Source: an uncultured delta proteobacterium | Lineage (GTDB): Bacteria > Desulfobacterota > RBG-13-43-22 | Reading direction: 5' to 3' | Length of the DNA stretch: 64,000 bases | NCBI GenBank assembly: GCA_963843145.1 | Contig: CAWJJC010000022.1 | Location: 320,001-384,000, forward strand | Shown here: piece by piece, positions 8,901 to 18,158 of the stretch | Layout: each line of letters starts with the position of its first letter | Numbering within the stretch: position 1 is the stretch's first letter | The notes under the pieces: generated by a model | Seen by the model: the letters and a program-made list of their open reading frames with translations, nothing else | Told to the model about the DNA's origin: nothing | The model's database searches: none | Made by a program: the position numbers and the translations under genes

Positions 8901-10457
8901 GGAGGCGCCGGAGTTGACGTTGATCCCGCCGGAGGGCGAAATGGAACCGCCGGTCCCGGCCGAGGCGGTGATGGTGTAAGTTTTAAGGGCGAAAGCGGCG
9001 GTTACCGTAGTATTGGCATTCATGGTGACCGTGCAGGGGTTGGTGGTTCCGCTGCAGGCCCCGGTCCAGCCGGTGAAATTCGAGTTGGCATTGGCCGCGG
9101 CGGTCAGACTGACCACAGTCCCGGCATTAAAGGAGGTCCCGGTGGGTGCGTTGGTCACGGTGCCGCTGCCGGTTCCGTTCTTGGAAACGGTCAGAGTATA
9201 GTTAGGATTGGCCGAGAAAGTGGCCTGAATCGAGTGGGCGGCAATCACGTTGGAAAAAGAGTAACTTCCGGGGGTTCCCTGGGCAACCCCGTCCACTATC
9301 AGACCGGCAATCTGGTAGCCCGAATTGGGGGTGATGGTAAAGGTCTGGGAGGCGCCGGAGTTGACGTTGATCCCGCCGGAGGGCGAAATGGAACCGCCGG
9401 TTCCGGCCGAGGCGGTGATGGTGTAAGTTTTAAGGGCGAAAGCGGCGGTTACCGTAGTATTGGCATTCATGGTGACCGTGCAGGGGTTGGTGGTTCCGCT
9501 GCAGGCCCCGGTCCAGCCGGTGAAATTCGAGTTGGCATTGGCCGCGGCGGTCAGACTGACCACAGTCCCGGCATTAAAGGAGGTCCCGGTGGGTGCGTTG
9601 GTCACGGTGCCGCTGCCGGTTCCGTTCTTGGAAACGGTCAGAGTATAGTTAGGATTGGCCGAGAAAGTGGCCTGAATCGAGTGGGCGGCAGTCACGTTGG
9701 AAAAAGAGTAACTTCCGGGGGTTCCCTGGGCAACCCCGTCCACTATCAGACCGGCGATCTGGTAGCCCGAATTGGGGGTGATGGTAAAGGTCTGGGAGGC
9801 GCCGGAGTTGACGTTGATCCCGCCGGAGGGCGAGATGGAACCGCCGGTCCCGGCCGAGGCGGTGATGGTGTAAGTTTTAAGGGCGAAAGCGGCGGTTACC
9901 GTAGTATTGGCATTCATGGTGACCGTGCAGGGGTTGGTGGTTCCGCTGCAGGCCCCGGTCCAGCCGGTGAAATTCGAGTTGGCATTGGCCGCGGCGGTCA
10001 GACTGACCACAGTCCCGGCATTAAAGGAGGTCCCGGTGGGTGCGTTGGTCACGGTGCCGCTGCCGGTTCCGTTCTTGGAAATGGTCAGAGTGAATTGAGA
10101 AGCCGGTACTGTGTAGCTTACTTCGTTGGATTTGGCGCTTTCGAATCCTTCGGTGTCGAAAGCGGTCAGAGCGAAATAATAGGTGACCCCATCGGTTAAA
10201 TTGGTTACCGTATAGGTCGTCACTTTGCCCAGGATTATAGGATTGGAATAGTTCCCAGACGAGGTTCCATAATAAAGGTTATAGCCGGAGAGATCCGATT
10301 CGCTGTTGGCATCCCAGGCCAAGGTTACCTGGGCGGCCTGGGCCTGGACGATCAGGCCCAGTAACAGCATGAACATTAAGGAAAGACCGATAATTTTGGA
10401 AAATAAACGGGGTGAGAAGAAGTCAAGATTATCCCTACGGACTGGGATCGCGCTCAT
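5928..10457 (-). CDS. Large secreted modular protein: signal peptide, FN3, tandem InlB-B-like repeats, Ig-like domain, clan GH-A TIM barrel, C-terminal Kre9/Knh1-like Ig domain
   Basis: Signal peptide ending in AQA. FN3 segment VTLAWDAN...YYFALTAFDTEGFESAKSNEV. Repeats containing FTGWTGAC. VEVSTDGGATW Ig-like domain. GH barrel RDLPVLKAMGANVVRLY...ILEYG...EEWWGI. Terminal SPNGGESW domain. Confidence 0.85.
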   Translation of the reverse strand: MSAIPVRRDNLDFFSPRLFSKIIGLSLMFMLLLGLIVQAQAAQVTLAWDANSESDLSGYNLYYGTSSGNYSNPIILGKVTTYTVTNLTDGVTYYFALTAFDTEGFESAKSNEVSYTVPASQFTLTISKNGTGSGTVTNAPTGTSFNAGTVVSLTAAANANSNFTGWTGACSGTTNPCTVTMNANTTVTAAFALKTYTITASAGTGGSISPSGGINVNSGASQTFTITPNSGYQIAGLIVDGVAQGTPGSYSFSNVTAAHSIQATFSANPNYTLTVSKNGTGSGTVTNAPTGTSFNAGTVVSLTAAANANSNFTGWTGACSGTTNPCTVTMNANTTVTAAFALKTYTITASAGTGGSISPSGGINVNSGASQTFTITPNSGYQIAGLIVDGVAQGTPGSYSFSNVIAAHSIQATFSANPNYTLTVSKNGTGSGTVTNAPTGTSFNAGTVVSLTAAANANSNFTGWTGACSGTTNPCTVTMNANTTVTAAFALKTYTITASAGTGGSISPSGGINVNSGASQTFTITPNSGYQIAGLIVDGVAQGTPGSYSFSNVTAAHSIQATFSANPNYTLTISKNGTGSGTVTNAPTGTSFNAGTVVSLTAAANANSNFTGWTGACSGTTNPCTVTMNANTTVTAAFALKTYTITASAGTGGSISPSGGINVNSGASQTFTITPNSGYQIAGLIVDGVAQGTPGSYSFSNVTAAHSIQATFSANPNYTLTVSKNGTGSGTVTNAPTGTSFNAGTVVSLTAAANANSNFTGWTGACSGTTNPCTVTMNANTTVTAAFALKTYTITASAGSGGSISPSGGINVNSGASQTFTITPDTGYRIYRVRVDGVSKGTPGSYSFSNVTGAHTIQATFSANPTYTLTVSKNGTGSGTVTGTGISCGTDCDESLNANTSVSLTALADTHSTFSGWTGACSGSTNPCTITISANTSIQATFNLETNKPNSSISNPTSGSTWRHPAVAISGGATDGSGSGVQKVEVSTDGGATWKPADGTILWNYSWTAPRNGTYVIKSRATDNVGNVENPGVGVTVTVTSYQPTPVNVSGKQLLVNGAPFTVKGVVYSPVPIGEDPNAAPYGDYFTAPYSAIYNRDLPVLKAMGANVVRLYNWEKSADHFDFLDQAYNDGSDPIYVIAGYWINDGLDIDPASPTNVRDQIKADFQKMVAAHKDHPAILMWSVGQNLNLPQAYGNSLPQLFSLINELAEVAHLEEGTKAHPVTTALADQNLAATLAGFEGAVPALDIWGANVYRGNSFGTLFADSSPATTKPVLILEYGIDAFDNTRGNEYEKSGKTTQADITEGLWREIAANNQTCVGGTIMSYSDEWWKGRYSEDTSCPADPDPALHGRCGFATTTQPDGYANEEWWGIVRVLDNGTGPDTVEPRAVYSRLQYLWGANTLALTSPNGGESWQAGKPQTIDWNYAGNPSTSVKIDLLKNGSVIRNIVRSAKIGANGNGSYTWTPPLKLKPGSDYQIRITSIGYNGINDTSDANFNINSYHFVTRLEKR
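7861..10095 (-). repeat. Five tandem 447-bp (149-aa) intragenic repeats
   Basis: Equivalent positions recur at 8119, 8566, 9013, 9460 and 9907 (period 447). Units differ at only a few sites, and the last unit diverges in its 3' half. Confidence 0.97.
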
Positions 10458-10517
10458 GGCAATACCTCCTTAAATTTGCTGCTAAGCGAAATGCAGCCAC
10501 AGGAGGTACCGCATTCG

Positions 10518-10612
10518 CCTGGCGACCCTGCTACCGTATGTGGCGACAAAAGCGTCACACGTAGGCCAGTGGCTTTGCGTCCCACCCTTTCGGATGGTTT
10601 GCCTTTTTCAGG
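10518..10612 (-). ncRNA. c-di-GMP-I (GEMM-I) riboswitch aptamer
   Basis: The minus strand reads CCTGAAAAAGGCAAACCATCCGAAAGGGTGGGACGCAAAGCCACTGGCCTAC...GGTAGCAGGGTCGCCAGG. It has the GAAA tetraloop P2, the GACGCAAAG junction and P1 CCTG/CAGG, and lies 60 nt upstream of the start codon. Confidence 0.93.
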
Positions 10613-10649
10613 TTTATTTATTAGGACCCAAGGGTCCGATCTGTTCTAT

Positions 10650-10665
10650 TGCAAGTTGAAGACCA
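10650..10665 (-). promoter_or_regulatory. Candidate sigma54 (-24/-12) promoter
   Basis: Minus strand TGGTCTTCAACTTGCA has GG-N10-GC spacing with a perfect TTGCA. The predicted start is about 25 nt before the aptamer. Confidence 0.6.
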
Positions 10666-10928
10666 AAAAATAAACCAGGCTCGCCGAAAGAAATCGATAA
10701 CAAATTTCAGTGATTAACTTCGGCAGCGACGATCACCGAAATTTAATCACTTTCTGGTTCTACAAATTAATGCTCTTAGTTGCAAAAATTGGATTTAGGC
10801 TAAAAGGCGGGCTTTTCCTGGATGGCTCAAAAATAGAGGGAAGAGAAAATGGAACGGAATGAACAAGTCCATCCGTCCCTTTATCGGGTCCGGATGGACT
10901 TAACAATGAACCGTCGGGTAGAGGTAAG

Positions 10929-11693
10929 TTAGTCTTTCAGCAATTGATCTACAAATTTATTCACTTCCAGATTCAGTACCTGGTCTTTTTCAAATGGCGC
11001 CCGTCCTTCCAGGTCGGCTTCGATGATTTGATCGTTGTAAGGCAGGAACCCCAGGAAGGTGAAGCCCGGAAGCTGTTTGAGCAAAAATTCCTTGTCGCTT
11101 TCGTTGCGGATCTTGTTGCCCACCAGGACGATGTTCTTCAACCCCAAGTCCTGGGCTAGCTTCTTGATTTGATGGGCCGTCTCAATGCTTCGCTTGCCGG
11201 GCTCCACTACCACAATCAACTTATTGACCGACGAGGCGGTTCCCCGGCCCAAATGTTCGATCCCGGCCTCCATATCCAGGACCACCACTTCGTCCCGGGC
11301 CAGGATCAGGTGGGTGATCAGGGTCTTGAGCATCACGCTCTCCGGGCAGATGCAGCCGCCGCCGCCCCGCTTGACCCCACCCATGACCATGACCCGGATA
11401 TTGCCCTTCTGAACCGAGAGCTTCTCCGGCAGGTCGCTCACGTGGGGGTTTAATTTAAAAAAGCTCCCCATGGTGCCGGTCTTGGATTCGGTCCGCTCCT
11501 CGATCAGCTCCTTCATCTCGGAGATGGGGACGATCAATTCCGGGTGTTCGATTCCCAGCGCACCGGCCAGGTTGGCGTCGGGGTCGGCATCAATCGCCAG
11601 GACCTTGTTCCCCCGGTCACTGAAATTCTTGATAATCAAGGAGGCCAGGGTGGTTTTACCCACGCCCCCCTTTCCACTGATGGCTATTTTCAT
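10929..11693 (-). CDS. cooC: CooC/AcsF-type nickel-insertion ATPase
   Basis: MKIAISGKGGVGKTT, DADP, GGGCICP (CxC) and DMEAGIEHLGRG. The start was moved to the ATG at 11693, which follows GGGAG. Confidence 0.88.
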   Translation of the reverse strand: MKIAISGKGGVGKTTLASLIIKNFSDRGNKVLAIDADPDANLAGALGIEHPELIVPISEMKELIEERTESKTGTMGSFFKLNPHVSDLPEKLSVQKGNIRVMVMGGVKRGGGGCICPESVMLKTLITHLILARDEVVVLDMEAGIEHLGRGTASSVNKLIVVVEPGKRSIETAHQIKKLAQDLGLKNIVLVGNKIRNESDKEFLLKQLPGFTFLGFLPYNDQIIEADLEGRAPFEKDQVLNLEVNKFVDQLLKD

Positions 11694-11827
11694 GAATGAT
11701 CTCCCATCGTATCTGGAATTTAGGTTAATATAGGTGAATTCTAACCCTTTTCCCTCCTGCCAGCAATACAAAACGGAAAGGTAAGCGATGTTTGGAGACC
11801 AGTGAGGATAAAAGTCTAAAGCGGCAC

Positions 11828-12160
11828 TTAGGTTTTTAAATCAAGTTGTTCGATCAGTGTATGGGCAAACTGGATTAGAAAATTTTCCTGGGCGGGATTG
11901 GCGTATTGAACGCAATCGCAACGGAACTTACCGCGGGCCCGGACCAGGAACTCAAATTTGATAAAATCCTTGCCCACCTCGATGGCCAGGTAATGGGGTC
12001 CGCAGGCCTGGTGCTCCCATTGAACGGGACCAAGCAGGTCGGAAGGTAGTTCCAACCAGAAGATTTCTCCCAGGCCCGAGGGCAGAGTATGGGTCCGCAG
12101 GTAGTCCCGGACTCGTTCCATTTCTTTTTTGGGGACTTCATCCAGCAGAACCTGGCGCAT
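11828..12160 (-). CDS. Hypothetical protein
   Basis: 110-aa ORF with SD GGAGGG, overlapping the upstream gene. It contains HxxCxPH and RCxC motifs. Confidence 0.7.
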   Translation of the reverse strand: MRQVLLDEVPKKEMERVRDYLRTHTLPSGLGEIFWLELPSDLLGPVQWEHQACGPHYLAIEVGKDFIKFEFLVRARGKFRCDCVQYANPAQENFLIQFAHTLIEQLDLKT

Positions 12161-12500
12161 GCCCTCCCCCTTCCGATTTTCTGGCCTGGGAAAAGGCGTC
12201 CCAAACGTTGTAGGCCCAGAAGGTGACTAACAGGATCACTAAGATCAGCAAAACCGTTTTGCTTCGCTGACCCAAAGCCTGGGTAATGGTTTGAAAACGA
12301 TGGGGATCTTTTTCCAGCAACTCCCAGTTCAGGGACTGCATCACCTGGTTAAGGTCATAAATAACCTTGAATAACAAGGCCATAAAGAAGATGGAAAAAC
12401 CAGCAATAAACAGGCCGGCTTTGGGAAACTGGCGGTTGATGATCTGGCCTACCCCGGGCATCAGCGCGGATAAGAGGGGAGCGGTGATAGTGCGCTTCAT
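12138..12500 (-). CDS. Small hypothetical membrane protein
   Basis: LSALMPGVGQI motif and a terminal WAYNVWDAF segment, with 2-3 hydrophobic helices. Confidence 0.7.
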   Translation of the reverse strand: MKRTITAPLLSALMPGVGQIINRQFPKAGLFIAGFSIFFMALLFKVIYDLNQVMQSLNWELLEKDPHRFQTITQALGQRSKTVLLILVILLVTFWAYNVWDAFSQARKSEGGGHAPGSAG

Positions 12501-12628
12501 TATTTGTTTATAGCGGTTCCTCCGGCTCCTGTCAATCCCGGTATTTTTTTGCTAAAGGGACCGTACCTGTGATAATAAGTCCGAAGGATGTTTATTTAAC
12601 AATTTTATCAAAAAGGAATATTTTTCTC

Positions 12629-13417
12629 ATGGAACAGCGACCAAATCCAGTTCACGTCAGTTGCCCTTTTTTTATGCTCAGAGATCGGTATCTCCCTTTG
12701 ATTCTGGAAAACCGAATTTCGGTGGAGATCGGGGTAGACGCCGAGGTGCTGGACGACTGCCCGGCAGCCGACTTGAAGAAGATAGCGGATACGTTGATCC
12801 AGGCCGAATTGAACTGCTCCCTCCATGCCCCTTTTTTGGATCTGTCCTTGGGGGCCATCGATCCAAAAATCCGTCGGGTTTCTTTGGAGCGGATGGAACA
12901 GGTAATCCGCCTGATCCCGATTTTCCAACCCCGCTGGGTGGTCTGCCACGGGGGCTACGAGGCTCGGCATTACCAGGACCGTCAAGAGGATTGGCTGAAA
13001 AACAATACCGAATCCTTGGAGCGGCTGTTGTCCCTCCTGGAGGGGACCGGGGTGCCCCTGATGGTGGAAAACGTCTTTGAAAGAGAACCCGGTCGTTTGA
13101 AGGATTTATTTGAGGCCATCTCCTCCGCCGAATTGCGTTTTTGCCTCGATGTGGGCCATCATCGCCTCTTTAGCCGAACCGATCTGGAGGACTGGCTCGA
13201 TGCCCTGGGTCCTCAATTGGGTATGCTCCATCTTCATGACAATCAGGGACAATGGGACGACCATCTGGCCTTGGGGCGGGGGTGCATCGATTTCCTCGGC
13301 CTTTTTAATCAGCTTAAGATCAGAGGATTGCGGCCTTTTGTTACCATTGAGCCCCACCAGGAGGACTGGGTCCGCGAAAGTTTGGCGTTCCTGGCCACTC
13401 ACTGGCCCTGGAAGTAA
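12629..13417 (+). CDS. Sugar phosphate isomerase/epimerase (AP endonuclease 2 TIM barrel) family protein
   Basis: SLHAPF, VENVFE, CLDVGH, HLHDN, DDHLALGRG and TIEPH motifs. Confidence 0.85.
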   Translation: MEQRPNPVHVSCPFFMLRDRYLPLILENRISVEIGVDAEVLDDCPAADLKKIADTLIQAELNCSLHAPFLDLSLGAIDPKIRRVSLERMEQVIRLIPIFQPRWVVCHGGYEARHYQDRQEDWLKNNTESLERLLSLLEGTGVPLMVENVFEREPGRLKDLFEAISSAELRFCLDVGHHRLFSRTDLEDWLDALGPQLGMLHLHDNQGQWDDHLALGRGCIDFLGLFNQLKIRGLRPFVTIEPHQEDWVRESLAFLATHWPWK

Positions 13418-13543
13418 CCCCCCCCTTCAATTTCCCCCGGTTTATTCTTGACAGTTCAACTATTTTAAGTAAGTTTGGGAAGGAACGGCAACCTAAACTG
13501 TAGATCCGGCGGCCACACCGGACGTTTTATTTTTGGAGGAAGT

Positions 13544-16354
13544 ATGGAATACAAACCCACTTTGAATCTGCCCCAAACGGATTTTCCCATGAAGGCCAAC
13601 TTGGCCCAGAGGGAACCGGAATGGTTGCGCCACTGGGAGCAGAACCGGTTATATGAGCGGATTCGAGAGAACTCGGCGGGGCGTCCAAAATTCATTTTGC
13701 ACGACGGTCCCCCCTATGCCAACGGCCATATCCACATGGGGACGGCCTTCAACAAGATACTAAAGGATATAATTATCAAGTCCAAGCAAATGTCGGGTTT
13801 CGATGCTCCTTATGTCCCCGGCTGGGACTGTCACGGTCTGCCCATCGAACACCAAGTGGATAAAGAATTGGGCGTCCAAAGACGAACCCTCTCCCAACTG
13901 GAGGTCCGGCAACGGTGTCGGGCCTACGCCGAAAATTTTATCGAGATCCAAAAACAGGAGTTTAAACGGTTGGGTGTTTTAGGGGAATGGGAGAATCCCT
14001 ATCTAACCATGAATTTCGCCTATGAGGCGGTGATTATTAGGGAATTCGGGCGCTTTGCCCTCCAGGGGGATGTGGTTAAGAGCAAGAAACCCATCTACTG
14101 GTGCACTTCCTGTAAGACGGCCCTGGCCGAAGCCGAAGTGGAATACGAGCCGCACATCTCTCCTTCGATTTTCGTCAAGTTCCCGGTGATGGATGATTTA
14201 AGCCTTCAGTACCCGGCGTTAAAGGATAAAAATGTTTCGGTTTTAATCTGGACCACCACCCCCTGGACCATCCCGGCCAACCTGGCCCTGGCCTTCCATC
14301 CGGAGTACACTTACGTGGCGGTTGAGGTGGGGGAAGAAGTGTTTATTGTGGCCAAAGGGCTGCTGGAAAAGGTCGGTCCTCGGGTCGGCTGGACATTTCC
14401 CACTATCCTGGCCGAATTGGACCCCTGCTTTCTGGAGGGTAAGAAATGCCGTCATCCTCTGTATGACCGTGAATCGGTTATTATCTTGGCCCCTTACGTC
14501 ACCCTGGAAGACGGCACCGGAGTGGTCCATACGGCCCCGGGCCACGGGCAGGAGGATTACGAGAGCGGACTGCGCTACAATCTGGAAATTTATTCCCCGG
14601 TGGATGACGCCGGGCGGTTTACCCCGGAAGTGGGCTTTTTTGCCGGAGAATTCGTCTTCGAGGCCAACGACACCATCAAAAAGAAACTGCGAGCGGTGGA
14701 GGCCCTGAAGGGGGAAGAGTCCATCGAGCATAGTTACCCCCATTGCTGGCGCTGCAAACGGCCGGTGATCTTTCGGGCCACGGAGCAATGGTTTATTTCC
14801 ATGGAGAAAAACGGGCTTCGTCAAAAGGCCCTGGAGGAGATCGAACGGGTCATCTGGACTCCCGCCTGGGGAAAGGACCGAATCTACGGAATGATGGTCT
14901 CACGTCCCGACTGGTGCCTGTCCCGGCAGCGATCCTGGGGGGTCCCCATCCCGGCCTTTTATTGCCTGGAGTGCGGCCGGTGGCTGGTAACCCAGGAAAT
15001 CTTATCCCATCTGGAGGAGCTGGTTTCTCTGCAGGGATCCGATATTTGGTTTTCCCTCCCGGAGGAAGCTTTGCTCCCGGAAGGGACGTCTTGCCCCCAT
15101 TGCCGGGGGCAGGCCTTCCGGAAAGAGACCGATATCCTGGATGTCTGGTTTGATTCCGGGGTGAGTCACGCCGGCGTGCTGGAAGCCCGGTCCTATCTGC
15201 GGTCTCCCGCCGACCTTTACCTGGAGGGAAGCGATCAGCATCGGGGCTGGTTTCACAGTTCTTTGCTGACCTCCGTCGGGACCCGGGGGAAGGCGCCTTA
15301 TCAGGGCGTCCTGACCCATGGGTTCGTGGTAGACGGCCAGGGCAAAAAGATGTCCAAGTCGTTGGGAAATGTTATCTTTCCCGAGGAAGTGATTAAAAAA
15401 TATGGCGCCGAGATTCTGCGCCTTTGGGTTTCGGCCGAGGATTACCGTGACGATATCCGCATTTCGCCCCAGATCCTTAAACAACTTACCGAGGCCTATC
15501 GCCGGATTCGCAATACCTGCCGCTTCCTGCTGGGCAACCTCTCCGACTTCAATTTCCAAAGGGATCACCTGCCTGCCCCGGAACTGGAGGAACTGGATCG
15601 CTGGGCGCTCCACCAACTCCAGAAGGTCATTGCCCGGGTTCGGCGAGCCTTTGAGCGCTATGATTTTCATGTGGTCTATCATACCCTTTATCAATTCTGT
15701 ACCAATGAATTGAGCGCCTTCTATTTGGATATTCTTAAAGACCGACTGTATACCAGCGCCCCTCAAGCCCGGCCCCGACGCTCGGCCCAGACGGCCCTCT
15801 GGCAGTTGCTCCAGGGATTGGTCCGGCTAATGGCTCCCGTCCTCTCCTTTACCGCCGAGGAGATTTGGGCCCAACTTCCGGAACAGGAAAGGGAAGCGGA
15901 AAGCGTCCATCTGGCCCAATTTCCGGAGGTCGACCCTTTTCTACTGGATGACGCCCTGGAGCGGCGCTGGGAAAACCTGCTACTGTTGCGGAGCGAGGTA
16001 ACCCGGGCCCTGGAAAGGGCTCGCCGGGCTCAGGTGATCGGCCATCCTCTGGATGCGGAGGTGCGCCTGCTCCTCCCGGAGTCCTGGAAGACGCTGATTC
16101 CAGCCTACCGGGAAATGTTGCCCAGCCTGTTAATCGTCTCCCAGGTCACTGTGGTCAACCAACCGGAAACCGGAGAAGGCTACACCGGGGAGACCATTCC
16201 GGGGTTGACCGTCTGGGTGGCTAAAGCCCAGGGAGAAAAATGCGAGCGCTGCTGGAATTTCAGTTCGGAAGTGGGGAGCTTCCCAGACCATCCTACCCTC
16301 TGCCGGAGGTGTTTCCAGGCCCTGGAGGAAATTGGCCGTTCCCATGATCGCTAA
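13544..16354 (+). CDS. ileS: Isoleucine--tRNA ligase
   Basis: [36 protein letters not shown] and the C-terminal Zn finger CERCW...CRRC. SD GGAGGA precedes ATG 13544. Confidence 0.98.
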   Translation: MEYKPTLNLPQTDFPMKANLAQREPEWLRHWEQNRLYERIRENSAGRPKFILHDGPPYANGHIHMGTAFNKILKDIIIKSKQMSGFDAPYVPGWDCHGLPIEHQVDKELGVQRRTLSQLEVRQRCRAYAENFIEIQKQEFKRLGVLGEWENPYLTMNFAYEAVIIREFGRFALQGDVVKSKKPIYWCTSCKTALAEAEVEYEPHISPSIFVKFPVMDDLSLQYPALKDKNVSVLIWTTTPWTIPANLALAFHPEYTYVAVEVGEEVFIVAKGLLEKVGPRVGWTFPTILAELDPCFLEGKKCRHPLYDRESVIILAPYVTLEDGTGVVHTAPGHGQEDYESGLRYNLEIYSPVDDAGRFTPEVGFFAGEFVFEANDTIKKKLRAVEALKGEESIEHSYPHCWRCKRPVIFRATEQWFISMEKNGLRQKALEEIERVIWTPAWGKDRIYGMMVSRPDWCLSRQRSWGVPIPAFYCLECGRWLVTQEILSHLEELVSLQGSDIWFSLPEEALLPEGTSCPHCRGQAFRKETDILDVWFDSGVSHAGVLEARSYLRSPADLYLEGSDQHRGWFHSSLLTSVGTRGKAPYQGVLTHGFVVDGQGKKMSKSLGNVIFPEEVIKKYGAEILRLWVSAEDYRDDIRISPQILKQLTEAYRRIRNTCRFLLGNLSDFNFQRDHLPAPELEELDRWALHQLQKVIARVRRAFERYDFHVVYHTLYQFCTNELSAFYLDILKDRLYTSAPQARPRRSAQTALWQLLQGLVRLMAPVLSFTAEEIWAQLPEQEREAESVHLAQFPEVDPFLLDDALERRWENLLLLRSEVTRALERARRAQVIGHPLDAEVRLLLPESWKTLIPAYREMLPSLLIVSQVTVVNQPETGEGYTGETIPGLTVWVAKAQGEKCERCWNFSSEVGSFPDHPTLCRRCFQALEEIGRSHDR

Positions 16355-16820
16355 ACGGCTCATTCCTTTTGGACTATCTTTCGCCGGGGTGGTGATTCTG
16401 GATATCCTCAGCAAACAGGCGATCCTCAATCATTTGCCTCTCCACTATTATCGAGAAGTGATCCCCGGTTTTTTTAACCTGGTCCATATCCGCAATCGCG
16501 GGATGGCCTTCGGGATTTTCAATACGGCAGCGGGGTCCTGGAAAGACCTGGTACTGGTTTTTTTCCCTTTAATCGCCGTAGCCGGGATCTTATGGATCCT
16601 GTTTCGTTATCCGAAAGTGACCCTCGGTATGTCGTTGGCCTTGGGGGCTATTTTAGGCGGCGCCCTGGGAAATCTTTTGGACCGTCTGCGTTTTCAGGAG
16701 GTGGTGGATTTCTTGGATTTCTACTGGAGGGGGGGGCATTGGCCGGCCTTTAATGTGGCCGATTCGGCCATCACGTTGGGGGTTGGCTTTTTAGTATACC
16801 ATTTCTGGAGGGAAGGCTGA
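16344..16820 (+). CDS. lspA: Lipoprotein signal peptidase II
   Basis: [23 protein letters not shown] and [11 protein letters not shown] motifs; follows ileS. Confidence 0.96.
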   Translation: MIAKRLIPFGLSFAGVVILDILSKQAILNHLPLHYYREVIPGFFNLVHIRNRGMAFGIFNTAAGSWKDLVLVFFPLIAVAGILWILFRYPKVTLGMSLALGAILGGALGNLLDRLRFQEVVDFLDFYWRGGHWPAFNVADSAITLGVGFLVYHFWREG

Positions 16821-16822
16821 TC

Positions 16823-17590
16823 GTGTTCCCGACCCTTTTCCACTGGGGGGGATTTTCTCTGCACGCCTATGGGCTTTTTATCGCCGTGGGCTTTTTACTC
16901 GGCATCGGCCTGGCCCTCAAGGAAGCCCGCCGGCAAGGCCTTCCCGGAGAACGTATCCTGGATCTTTCCCTGGTCATCATTATTTCGGCCATTATCGGAT
17001 CCCGGCTGTTATATACGATTATCCATTATCCCCAGTATCTTAAGGCTCCTCTCTCGATTTTCAAGATCTGGGAAGGGGGACTGGTCTTCTTTGGGGGATT
17101 GATTTTAGCCTTTATAGCTGGCGGCTGGTATATTAAAAAAGTCGGTCTGCCTTTTTGGAAAACCGCGGACCTGTTGGCCCCCTCCCTCGCCTTAGGACAG
17201 GTCTTTGGACGCCTGGGCTGTCTGGCGGCCGGGTGCTGTTACGGCCGTCCCACCGATGTCCCCTGGGCCATCACCTTCTCTGATCCAGAAAGTCTGGCCC
17301 CCACCGGCATCGCCCTTCATCCCACCCAACTGTATGAATCCGGAGCGGCGCTGGTCCTGTTTCTTCTTTTGATCCTGTTGCGCAGAAAAGAGTTTTTTGT
17401 CGGGCAGCTCATTGTGGTCTATTTGTTTTTTTCCGGTTGGGCCCGCTGGGCGATTGAATTTTTCCGGGGGGACTACCGCGGGAATCTATTGGGCGGCGGC
17501 TGGAGCGATACCCAATACCTCAGCGGATTGATCATCCTTTTTTCTTTGTTTTTGGGCTTGTATTTGTTGAAAGAAAAAGGAAAACCCTAA
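16823..17590 (+). CDS. lgt: Prolipoprotein diacylglyceryl transferase
   Basis: IWEGGLVFFGG, GRLGCLAAGCCYG, HPTQLYE and IEFFRGD motifs. Confidence 0.95.
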   Translation: MFPTLFHWGGFSLHAYGLFIAVGFLLGIGLALKEARRQGLPGERILDLSLVIIISAIIGSRLLYTIIHYPQYLKAPLSIFKIWEGGLVFFGGLILAFIAGGWYIKKVGLPFWKTADLLAPSLALGQVFGRLGCLAAGCCYGRPTDVPWAITFSDPESLAPTGIALHPTQLYESGAALVLFLLLILLRRKEFFVGQLIVVYLFFSGWARWAIEFFRGDYRGNLLGGGWSDTQYLSGLIILFSLFLGLYLLKEKGKP

Positions 17591-17717
17591 AAAAAAACTT
17601 GCCAATTTCTATTGGTTATATTAGACCACAATTTTGATCGGTCAGAAGGGGGGGGTCCATTCTCCCATTCTTTTTTCGTCCTTATATATTTTCAGCAGGA
17701 CATGAAAGGGGATTATT

Positions 17718-18149
17718 TTGGTTATCTTGGAGGAACTAAGATACAGTAGAGACCATTCTTGGGCCCGCCTGGACGACGACAACCGGATCACCATCGGGAT
17801 CACCGATTACCTCCAGGAGGAATTGGGAGAACTCAACGGAATCGATCTTCCCGAAGAGGGGGATGAGGTCGTTAAAGACGAGCCTTTCGGATCAATCGAA
17901 GCCCAGTTGTCGGTGAACGATCTCTTTTCCCCCCTCACCGGGGAAATCGTGGAAGTCAATGCCGAACTTTTGGACGCTCCGGAAATCATCAACGAAGATC
18001 CCTACCAGGATGGTTGGATTATTCGGGTGGATATTCCCTCCACTACCGAATTCTTTGAACTCCTGACCGCCGAAGAATATGAGGAATACATTAAAGAAAT
18101 TCGAGGCGTTGAGGAAGAAGAGGAGGATGAGGAGGAGGAAGAAGAGTAA
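17718..18149 (+). CDS. Glycine cleavage H-like protein lacking the lipoyl lysine, with an acidic tail
   Basis: RYSRDHSW, IGITDY, SPLTGEIVEVNAEL and INEDPYQDGWI motifs. The lipoyl loop reads EAQLSVND instead of ESVKAVSD. Confidence 0.85.
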   Translation: MVILEELRYSRDHSWARLDDDNRITIGITDYLQEELGELNGIDLPEEGDEVVKDEPFGSIEAQLSVNDLFSPLTGEIVEVNAELLDAPEIINEDPYQDGWIIRVDIPSTTEFFELLTAEEYEEYIKEIRGVEEEEEDEEEEEE

Positions 18150-18158
18150 GGAAATCCC

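Noticed and set aside
7861-10095. Possible CRISPR array or DGR template/variable repeat pair
   Set aside because: The units are in-frame 447-bp protein repeats with no spacers, and the differences are not adenine-specific. The RT at 62 kb is intron-like and truncated.
7893-10199. 768-aa plus-strand ORF and five repeated 62-aa ORFs
   Set aside because: These are antisense shadows of the tandem repeats in the minus-strand gene.
13420-13543. T-box leader for ileS
   Set aside because: The region is too short, and no T-box motif or terminator is visible.
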